From: Auanema rhodensis
Lineage: Eukaryota; Animalia; Nematoda
DNA length: 64,000 nucleotides
Direction: 5' to 3'
Assembly: GCA_964057225.1 (NCBI GenBank)
Contig: OZ059900.1
Coordinates: forward strand, 13,082,001-13,146,000
Both the position numbers and the translations under genes were made by a program. Below the pieces are notes generated by a model. It was given only the letters and a program-made list of their open reading frames with translations. It made no database searches and was not told the origin of the DNA. Position 1 is the stretch's first letter, and the number at the start of each line of letters is the position of its first letter. Shown piece after piece: positions 53,518-64,000 of the stretch.

Positions 53518-56500
53518 AAATCTATTCAGGAAACTTATGAACTGTTCTAGCCTATCGCCGAATATGTGATCAGTGTACAAAGCTATACAAAGCTTTATCC
53601 GGTCAAACTATAATGTAAAAGACGCGTCATGTTCATATTCAAATTTGTTTTGCTTTGGCATCTATAGTGTCATATAATCATACTAAGACAGACAGTTTTC
53701 AATATTGCACACTCATGGTGTGCTTTCCAAAATGTATTTCCAACTCAGAAGTTCTCTGGTTAGATTGAGATACTACCTCTAACTTGGGTAATTAAACCAA
53801 ATCTATTCAGGAAACTTATGAACTGTTCTAGCCTATCGCCGTATATGTGATCAGTGTACAAAGCTATACAAAGCTTTATCCGGTCAAACTATAATGTAAA
53901 AGACGCGTCATGTTCATATTCAAATTTGTTTTGCTTTGGCATCTATAGTGTCATATAATCATACTAAGACAGACAGTTTTCAATATTGCACACTCATGGT
54001 GTGCTTTCCAAAATGTATTTCCAACTCAGAAGTTCTCTGGTTAGATTGAGATACTACCTCTAACTTGGGTAATTAAACCAAATCTATTCAGGAAACTTAT
54101 GAACTGTTCTAGCCTATCGCCGTATATGTGATCAGTGTACAAAGCTATATAAAGCTTTATCGGGTCAAACTATAATGTAAAAGACGCGTCATGTTCATAT
54201 TCAAATTTGTTTTGCTTTGGCATCTATAGTGTCATATAATCATACTAAGACAGACAGTTTTCAATATTGCACACTCATGGTGTGCTTTCCAAAATGTATT
54301 TCCAACTCAGAAGTTCTCTGGTTAGATTGAGATACTACCTCTAACTTGGGTAATTAAACCAAATCTATTCAGGAAACTTATGAACTGTTCTAGCCTATCG
54401 CCGTATATGTGATCAGTGTACAAAGCTATACAAAGCTATACAAAGCTTTATCCGGTGAAACTATAATGTAAAAGACGCGTCATGTGCATATTCAAATTTG
54501 TTTTGCTTTGGCATCTATAGTGTCATATAATCATACTAAGACAGACAGTTTTCAATATTGCACACTCATGGTGTGCTTTCCAAAATGTATTTCCAACTCA
54601 GAAGTTCTCTGGTTAGATTGAGATACTACCTCTAACTTGGGTAATTAAACCAAATCTATTCAGGAAACTTATGAACTGTTCTAGCCTATCGCCGAATATG
54701 TGATCAGTGTACAAAGCTATACAAAGCTTTATCCGGTCAAACTATAATGTAAAAGACGCGTCATGTTCATATTCAAATTTGTTTTGCTTTGGCATCTATA
54801 GTGTCATATAATCATACTAAGACAGACAGTTTTCAATATTGCACACTCATGGTGTGCTTTCCAAAATGTATTTCCAACTCAGAAGTTCTCTGGTTAGATT
54901 GAGATACTACCTCTAACTTGGGTAATTAAACCAAATCTATTCAGGAAACTTATGAACTGTTCTAGCCTATCGCCGTATATGTGATCAGTGTACAAAGCTA
55001 TACAAAGCTATACAAAGCTTTATCGGGTCAAACTATAATGTAAAAGACGCGTCATGTTCATATTCAAATTTGTTTTGCTTTGGCATCTATAGTGTCATAT
55101 AATCATACTAAGACAGACAGTTTTCAATATTGCACACTCATGGTGTGCTTTCCAAAATGTATTTCCAACTCAGAAGTTCTCTGGTTAGATTGAGATACTA
55201 CCTCTAACTTGGGTAATTAAACCAAATCTATTCAGGAAACTTATGAACTGTTCTAGCCTATCGCCGTATATGTGATCAGTGTACAAAGCTATACAAAGCT
55301 ATACAAAGCTTTATCCGGTGAAACTATAATGTAAAAGACGCGTCATGTGCATATTCAAATTTGTTTTGCTTTGGCATCTATAGTGTCATATAATCATACT
55401 AAGACAGACAGTTTTCAATATTGCACACTCATGGTGTGCTTTCCAAAATGTATTTCCAACTCAGAAGTTCTCTGGTTAGATTGAGATACTACCTCTAACT
55501 TGGGTAATTAAACCAAATCTATTCAGGAAACTTATGAACTGTTCTAGCCTATCGCCGAATATGTGATCAGTGTACAAAGCTATACAAAGCTTTATCCGGT
55601 CAAACTATAATGTAAAAGACGCGTCATGTTCATATTCAAATTTGTTTTGCTTTGGCATCTATAGTGTCATATAATCATACTAAGACAGACAGTTTTCAAT
55701 ATTGCACACTCATGGTGTGCTTTCCAAAATGTATTTCCAACTCAGAAGTTCTCTGGTTAGATTGAGATACTACCTCTAACTTGGGTAATTAAACCAAATC
55801 TATTCAGGAAACTTATGAACTGTTCTAGCCTATCGCCGAATATGTGATCAGTGTACAAAGCTATACAAAGCTTTATCCGGTCAAACTATAATGTAAAAGA
55901 CGCGTCATGTTCATATTCAAATTTGTTTTGCTTTGGCATCTATAGTGTCATATAATCATACTAAGACAGACAGTTTTCAATATTGCACACTCATGGTGTG
56001 CTTTCCAAAATGTATTTCCAACTCAGAAGTTCTCTGGTTAGATTGAGATACTACCTCTAACTTGGGTAATTAAACCAAATCTATTCAGGAAACTTATGAA
56101 CTGTTCTAGCCTATCGCCGTATATGTGATCAGTGTACAAAGCTATACAAAGCTTTATCGGGTCAAACTATAATGTAAAAGACGCGTCATGTTCATATTCA
56201 AATTTGTTTTGCTTTGGCATCTATAGTGTCATATAATCATACTAAGACAGACAGTTTTCAATATTGCACACTCATGGTGTGTTTTCCAAAATGTATTTCC
56301 AACTCAGAAGTTCTCTGGTTAGATTGAGATACTACCTCTAACTTGGGTAATTAAACCAAATCTATTCAGGAAACTTATGAACTGTTCTAGCCTTTCGCCG
56401 TATATGTGATCAGTGTACAAAGCTATACAAAGCTATACAAAGTTTTATCCTGTCAAACTATAATGTAAAAGACGCGTCATGTTCATATTCAAATTTGTTT

Positions 56501-59500
56501 TGCTTTGGCATCTATAGTGTCATATAATCATACTAAGACAGACAATTTTCAATATTGCACACTCATGGTGTGCTTTCCAAAATGTATTTCCAACTCAGAA
56601 GTTCTCTGGTTAGATTGAGATACTACCTCTAACTTGGGTAATTAAACCAAATCTATTCAGGAAACTTATGAACTGTTCTAGCCTATCGCCGAATATGTGA
56701 TCAGTGTACAAAGCTATACAAAGCTTTATCGGGTCAAACTATAATGTAAAAGACGCGTCATGTTCATATTCAAATTTGTTTTGCTTTGGCATCTATAGTG
56801 TCATATAATCATACTAAGACAGACAGTTTTCAATATTGCACACTCATGGTGTGTTTTCCAAAATGTATTTCCAACTCAGAAGTTCTCTGGTTAGATTGAG
56901 ATACTACCTCTAACTTGGGTAATTAAACCAAATCTATTCAGGAAACATATGAACTGTTCTAGCCTATCGCCGAATATGTGATCAGTGTACAAAGCTATAC
57001 AAAGCTATACAAAGTTTTATCCTGTCAAACTATAATGTAAAAGACGCGTCATGTTCATATTCAAATTTGTTTTGCTTTGGCATCTATAGTGTCATATAAT
57101 CATACTAAGACAGACAATTTTCAATATTGCACACTCATGGTGTGCTTTCCAAAATGTATTTCCAACTCAGAAGTTCTCTGGTTAGATTGAGATACTACCT
57201 CTAACTTGGGTAATTAAACCAAATCTATTCAGGAAACTTATGAACTGTTCTAGCCTATCGCCGTATATATGATCAGTGTACAAAGCTATACAAAGCTTTA
57301 TCGGGTCAAACTATAATGTAAAAGACGCGTCATGTTCATATTCAAATTTGTTTTGCTTTGGCATCTATAGTGTCATATAATCATACTAAGACAGACAGTT
57401 TTCAATATTGCACACTCATGGTGTGCTTTCCAAAATGTATTTCCAACTCAGAAGTTCTCTGGTTAGATTGAGATACTACCTCTAACTTGGGTAATTAAAC
57501 CAAATCTATTCAGGAAACTTATGAACTGTTCTAGCCTATCGCCGTATATGTGATCAGTGTACAAAGCTATATAAAGCTTTATCGGGTCAAACTATAATGT
57601 AAAAGACGTGTCATGTTCATATTCAAATTTGTTTTGCTTTGGCATCTATAGTGTCATATAATCATACTAAGACAGACAGTTTTCAATATTGCACACTCAT
57701 GGTGTGCTTTCCAAAATGTATTTCCAACTCAGAAGTTCTCTGGTTAGATTGAGATACTACCTCTAACTTGGGTAATTAAACCAAATCTATTCAGGAAACT
57801 TATGAACTGTTCTAGCCTATCGCCGAATATGTGATCAGTGTACAAAGCTATACAAAGCTATACAAAGCTATACAAAGCTTTATCGGGTCAAACTATAATG
57901 TAAAAGACGCGTCATGTTCATATTCAAATTTGTTTTGCTTTGGCATCTATAGTGTCATATAATCATACTAAGACAGACAGTTTTCAATATTGCACACTCA
58001 TGGTGTGCTTTCCAAAATGTATTTCCAACTCAGAAGTTCTCTGGTTAGATTGAGATACTACCTCTAACTTGGGTTATTAAACCAAATCTATTCAGGAAAC
58101 TTATGAACTGTTCTAGCCTATCGCCGAATATGTGATCAGTGTACAAAGCTATACAAAGCTTTATCCGGTCAAACTATAATGTAAAAGACGCGTCATGTTC
58201 ATATTCAAATTTGTTTTGCTTTGGCATCTATAGTGTCATATAATCATACTAAGACAGACAGTTTTCAATATTGCACACTCATGGTGTGCTTTCCAAAATG
58301 TATTTCCAACTCAGAAGTTCTCTGGTTAGATTGAGATACTACCTCTAACTTGGGTAATTAAACCAAATCTATTCAGGAAACTTATGAACTGTTCTAGCCT
58401 ATCGCCGTATATGTGATCAGTGTACAAAGCTATACAAAGCTTTATCGGGTCAAACTATAATGTAAAAGACGCGTCATGTTCATATTCAAATTTGTTTTGC
58501 TTTGGCATCTATAGTGTCATATAATCATACTAAGACAGACAGTTTTCAATATTGCACACTCATGGTGTGCTTTCCAAAATGTATTTCCAACTCAGAAGTT
58601 CTCTGGTTAGATTGAGATACTACCTCTAACTTGGGTAATTAAACCAAATCTATTCAGGAAACTTATAAACTGTTCTAGCCTATCGTCGTATATGTGATCA
58701 GTGTACAAAGCTATACAAAGCTATACAAAGTTTTATCCTGTCAAACTATAATGTAAAAGACGCGTCATGTTCATGATCAAATTCATATTGCTTAATCATC
58801 TATAGTGTCATATAATCATACTAAGACAGACAGTTTTCAATATTGCACACTCATGGTGTGCTTTCCAAAATGTATTTCCAACTCAGAAGTTCTCTGGTTA
58901 GATTGAGATACTACCTCTAACTTGGGTAATTAAACCAAATCTATTCAGGAAACTTATGAACTGTTCTAGCCTATCGCCGTATATGTGATCAGTGTACAAA
59001 GCTATACAAAGTTTTATCGGGTCAAACTATAATGTAAAAGACGCGTCATGTTCATATTCAAATTTGTTTTGCTTTGGCATCTATAGTGTCATATAATCAT
59101 ACTAAGACAGACAGTTTTCAATATTGCACACTCATGGTGTGCTTTCCAAAATGTATTTCCAACTCAGAAGTTCTCTGGTTAGATTGAGATACTACCTCTA
59201 ACTTGGGTAATTAAACCAAATCTATTCAGGAAACTTATGAACTGTTCTAGCCTATCGCCGTATATATGATCAGTGTACAAAGCTATACAAAGCTTTAACG
59301 GGTCAAACTATAATGTAAAAGACGCGTCATGTTCATATTCAAATTTGTTTTGCTTTGGCATCTATAGTGTCATATAATCATACTAAGACAGACAGTTTTC
59401 AATATTGCACACTCATGGTGTGCTTTCCAAAATGTATTTCCAACTCAGAAGTTCTCTGGTTAGATTGAGATACTACCTCTAACTTGGGTAATTAAACCAA

Positions 59501-62500
59501 ATCTATTCAGGAAACTTATGAACTGTTCTAGCCTATCGCCGTATATGTGATCAGTGTACAAAGCTATACAAAGCTATACAAAGCTTTATCCGGTGAAACT
59601 ATAATGTAAAAGACGCGTCATGTTCATATTCAAATTTGTTTTGCTTTGGCATCTTTAGTGTCATATAATCATACTAAGACAGACAGTTTTCAATATTGCA
59701 CACTCATGGTGTGCTTTCCAAAATGTATTTCCAACTCAGAAGTTCTCTGGTTAGATTGAGATACTACCTCTAACTTGGGTAATTAAACCAAATCTATTCA
59801 GGAAACTTATGAACTGTTCTAGCCTATCGCCGAATATGTGATCAGTGTACAAAGCTATACAAAGCTTTATCCGGTCAAACTATAATGTAAAAGACGCGTC
59901 ATGTTCATATTCAAATTTGTTTTGCTTTGGCATCTATAGTGTCATATAATCATACTAAGACAGACAGTTTTCAATATTGCACACTCATGGTGTGCTTTCC
60001 AAAATGTATTTCCAACTCAGAAGTTCTCTGGTTAGATTGAGATACTACCTCTAACTTGGGTAATTAAACCAAATCTATTCAGGAAACTTATGAACTGTTC
60101 TAGCCTATCGCCGAATATGTGATCAGTGTACAAAGCTATACAAAGCTTTATCCGGTCAAACTATAATGTAAAAGACGCGTCATGTTCATATTCAAATTTG
60201 TTTTGCTTTGGCATCTATAGTGTCATATAATCATACTAAGACAGACAGTTTTCAATATTGCACACTCATGGTGTGCTTTCCAAAATGTATTTCCAACTCA
60301 GAAGTTCTCTGGTTAGATTGAGATACTACCTCTAACTTGGGTAATTAAACCAAATCTATTCAGGAAACTTATGAACTGTTCTAGCCTATCGCCGAATATG
60401 TGATCAGTGTACAAAGCTATACAAAGCTTTATCCGGTCAAACTATAATGTAAAAGACGCGTCATGTTCATATTCAAATTTGTTTTGCTTTGGCATCTATA
60501 GTGTCATATAATCATACTAAGACAGACAGTTTTCAATATTGCACACTCATGGTGTGCTTTCCAAAATGTATTTCCAACTCAGAAGTTCTCTGGTTAGATT
60601 GAGATACTACCTCTAACTTGGGTAATTAAACCAAATCTATTCAGGAAACTTATGAACTGTTCTAGCCTATCGCCGTATATGTGATCAGTGTACAAAGCTA
60701 TATAAAGCTTTATCGGGTCAAACTATAATGTAAAAGACGCGTCATGTTCATATTCAAATTTGTTTTGCTTTGGCATCTATAGTGTCATATAATCATACTA
60801 AGACAGACAGTTTTCAATATTGCACACTCATGGTGTGCTTTCCAAAATGTATTTCCAACTCAGAAGTTCTCTGGTTAGATTGAGATACTACCTCTAACTT
60901 GGGTAATTAAACCAAATCTATTCAGGAAACTTATGAACTGTTCTAGCCTATCGCCGTATATGTGATCAGTGTACAAAGCTATACAAAGCTATACAAAGCT
61001 TTATCCGGTGAAACTATAATGTAAAAGACGCGTCATGTTCATATTCAAATTTGTTTTGCTTTGGCATCTATAGTGTCATATAATCATACTAAGACAGACA
61101 GTTTTCAATATTGCACACTCATGGTGTGCTTTCCAAAATGTATTTCCAACTCAGAAGTTCTCTGGTTAGATTGAGATACTACCTCTAACTTGGGTAATTA
61201 AACCAAATCTATTCAGGAAACTTATGAACTGTTCTAGCCTATCGCCGAATATGTGATCAGTGTACAAAGCTATACAAAGCTTTATCCGGTCAAACTATAA
61301 TGTAAAAGACGCGTCATGCTCATATTCAAATTTGTTTTGCTTTGGCATCTATAGTGTCATATAATCATACTAAGACAGACAGTTTTCAATATTGCACACT
61401 CATGGTGTGCTTTCCAAAATGTATTTCCAACTCAGAAGTTCTCTGGTTAGATTGAGATACTACCTCTAACTTGGGTAATTAAACCAAATCTATTCAGGAA
61501 ACTTATGAACTGTTCTAGCCTATCGCCGTATATGTGATCAGTGTACAAAGCTATACAAAGCTATACAAAGCTTTATCGGGTCAAACTATAATGTAAAAGA
61601 CGCGTCATGTTCATATTCAAATTTGTTTTGCTTTGGCATCTATAGGTTCATATAATCATACTAAGACAGACAGTTTTCAATATTGCACACTCATGGTGTG
61701 CTTTCCAAAATGTATTTCCAACTCAGAAGTTCTCTGGTTAGATTGAGATACTACCTCTAACTTGGGTAATTAAACCAAATCTATTCAGGAAACTTATGAA
61801 CTGTTCTAGCCTATCGCCGTATATGTGATCAGTGTACAAAGCTATACAAAGCTTTATCGGGTCAAACTATAATGTAAAAGACGCGTCATGTTCATATTCA
61901 AATTTGTTTTGCTTTGGCATCTATAGTGTCATATAATCATACTAAGACAGACAGTTTTCAATATTGCACACTCATGGTGTGTTTTCCAAAATGTATTTCC
62001 AACTCAGAAGTTCTCTGGTTAGATTGAGATACTACCTCTAACTTGGGTAATTAAACCAAATCTATTCAGGAAACTTATGAACTGTTCTAGCCTATCGCCG
62101 TATATGTGATCAGTGTACAAAGCTATACAAAGCTATACAAAGTTTTATCCTGTCAAACTATAATGTAAAAGACGCGTCATGTTCATATTCAAATTTGTTT
62201 TGCTTTGGCATCTATAGTGTCATATAATCATACTAAGACAGACAATTTTCAATATTGCACACTCATGGTGTGCTTTCCAAAATGTATTTCCAACTCAGAA
62301 GTTCTCTGGTTAGATTGAGATACTACCTCTAACTTGGGTAATTAAACCAAATCTATTCAGGAAACTTATGAACTGTTCTAGCCTATCGCCGTATATGTGA
62401 TCAGTGTACAAAGCTATACAAAGCTTTATCGGGTCAAACTATAATGTAAAAGACGCGTCATGTTCATATTCAAATTTGTTTTGCTTTGGCATCTATAGTG

Positions 62501-63669
62501 TCATATAATCATACTAAGACAGACAGTTTTCAATATTGCACACTCATGGTGTGCTTTCCAAAATGTATTTCCAACTCAGAAGTTCTCTGGTTAAATTGAG
62601 ATACTACCTCTAACTTGGGTAATTAAACCAAATCTATTCAGGAAACTTATGAACTGTTCTAGCCTATCGCCGTATATGTGATCAGTGTACAAAGCTATAC
62701 AAAGCTTTATCGGGTCAAACTATAATGTAAAAGACGCGTCATGTTCATATTCAAATTTGTTTTGCTTTGGCATCTATAGTGTCATATAATCATACTAAGA
62801 CAGACAGTTTTCAATATTGCACACTCATGGTGTGCTTTCCAAAATGTATTTCCAACTCAGAAGTTCTCTGGTTAGATTGAGATACTACCTCTAACTTGGG
62901 TAATTAAACCAAATCTATTCAGGAAACTTATGAACTGTTCTAGCCTATCGCCGTATATGTGATCAGTGTACAAAGCTATACATAGCTATACAAAGCTTTA
63001 TCCGGTGAAACTATAATGTAAAAGACGCGTCATGTTCATATTCAAATTTGTTTTGCTTTGGCATCTTTAGTGTCATATAATCATACTAAGACAGACAGTT
63101 TTCAATATTGCACACTCATGGTGTGCTTTCCAAAATGTATTTCCAACTCAGAAGTTCTCTGGTTAGATTGAGATACTACCTCTAACTTGGGTAATTAAAC
63201 CAAATCTATTCAGGAAACTTATGAACTGTTCTAGCCTATCGCCGAATATGTGATCAGTGTACAAAGCTATACAAAGCTTTATCCGGTCAAACTATAATGT
63301 AAAAGACGCGTCATGTTCATATTCAAATTTGTTTTGCTTTGGCATCTATAGTGTCATATAATCATACTAAGACAGACAGTTTTCAATATTGCACACTCAT
63401 GGTGTGCTTTCCAAAATGTATTTCCAACTCAGAAGTTCTCTGGTTAGATTGAGATACTACCTCTAACTTGGGTAATTAAACCAAATCTATTCAGGAAACT
63501 TATGAACTGTTCTAGCCTATCGCCGTATATGTGATCAGTGTACAAAGCTATATAAAGCTTTATCGGGTCAAACTATAATGTAAAAGACGCGTCATGTTCA
63601 TATTCAAATTTGTTTTGCTTTGGCATCTATAGTGTCATATAATCATACTAAGACAGACAGTTTTCAATA

Positions 63670-63763
63670 TTGCACACTCATGGTGTGCTTTCCAAAATGT
63701 ATTTCCAACTCAGAAGTTCTCTGGTTAGATTGAGATACTACCTCTAACTTGGGTAATTAAACC
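63670..63763 (-). ncRNA. SL1: Last complete SL1-like RNA gene in the window
   Basis: Consensus exon, donor, Sm site and hairpins are present. Positions 63961-64000 hold only the 3' part (Sm site, stem III) of one more copy. Confidence 0.9.
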
Positions 63764-64000
63764 AAATCTATTCAGGAAACTTATGAACTGTTCTAGCCTA
63801 TCGCCGTATATGTGATCAGTGTACAAAGCTATACAAAGCTATACAAAGCTTTATCCGGTGAAACTATAATGTAAAAGACGCGTCATGTTCATATTCAAAT
63901 TTGTTTTGCTTTGGCATCTATAGTGTCATATAATCATACTAAGACAGACAGTTTTCAATATTGCACACTCATGGTGTGCTTTCCAAAATGTATTTCCAAC

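Larger units (their letters stand above)
1..64000. repeat. Tandem array of 281/291/301-bp monomers (224 complete + partial), each containing one SL RNA gene
   Basis: The monomer start TTGCACACTC recurs at 1, 293, 584, 875, 1166 ... 2621, 2912, 3193 ... 63389, 63670, 63961. I saw no non-repeat insertion and no inversion. Length classes differ mainly by the copy number of an internal 10-mer. The array runs to both window edges. Confidence 0.99.
1..64000 (-). ncRNA. SL1: Multicopy SL1-like spliced-leader RNA gene cluster (~224 genes; for a monomer starting at S the gene spans about S..S+93, exon S+72..S+93)
   Basis: The reverse complement of each monomer's first 94 nt reads GGTTTAATTACCCAAGTTAGAG|GTAGTATCTCAATCTAACCAGAGAACTTCTGAGTTGGAAATACATTTTGGAAAGCACACCATGAGTGTGCAA. 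It has 21/22 identity to nematode SL1, a GT donor right after the exon, and an Sm site (ATTTTGG) between two hairpins. This is the established SL RNA architecture. Confidence 0.93.

Noticed and set aside
1-64000. Protein-coding repeat gene (291 bp is a multiple of 3)
   Set aside because: All six frames hit stop codons within each monomer, so only short open stretches remain.
1-64000. CRISPR array
   Set aside because: There are no unique spacers, the whole ~285-bp unit repeats, and no cas genes are present.
1-64000. Plain non-genic centromeric satellite
   Set aside because: The 21/22 SL1 match with correctly placed donor, Sm site and hairpins is too specific for chance. The dyad symmetries in the first 94 bp are explained by the RNA structure.
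1-64000. Rolling-circle or amplification concatemer artefact of one small circle
   Set aside because: Variants are shared, linked and arranged in regional higher-order patterns, unlike random errors on a single template.

Overview
The whole 64 kb window is one uninterrupted head-to-tail tandem array: 224 complete monomers plus a 40-bp partial. By my hand count there are 126 x 281 bp, 87 x 291 bp, 7 x 292 bp, 3 x 301 bp and 1 x 290 bp, which sums exactly to 63,960. There is no protein-coding sequence, because all six frames stop within every monomer. The array looks like satellite DNA, but each monomer carries a complete nematode-type spliced-leader (SL) RNA gene of about 94 nt on the minus strand. 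The gene has a 22-nt exon GGTTTAATTACCCAAGTTAGAG, which is one base off canonical SL1 (GGTTTAATTACCCAAGTTTGAG). The exon is followed by a GT trans-splice donor, stem-loop II, an Sm-binding site ATTTTGG and a terminal stem-loop III. The remaining ~190 bp is spacer/promoter with no 5S rRNA gene and a 10-bp repeat present in 2-4 copies. The array is most likely nematode genomic DNA. It shows regional subfamilies, higher-order repeats, minor SL exon variants and at least one donor-dead copy. Species identity and novelty of the exon variant cannot be established without a database search.
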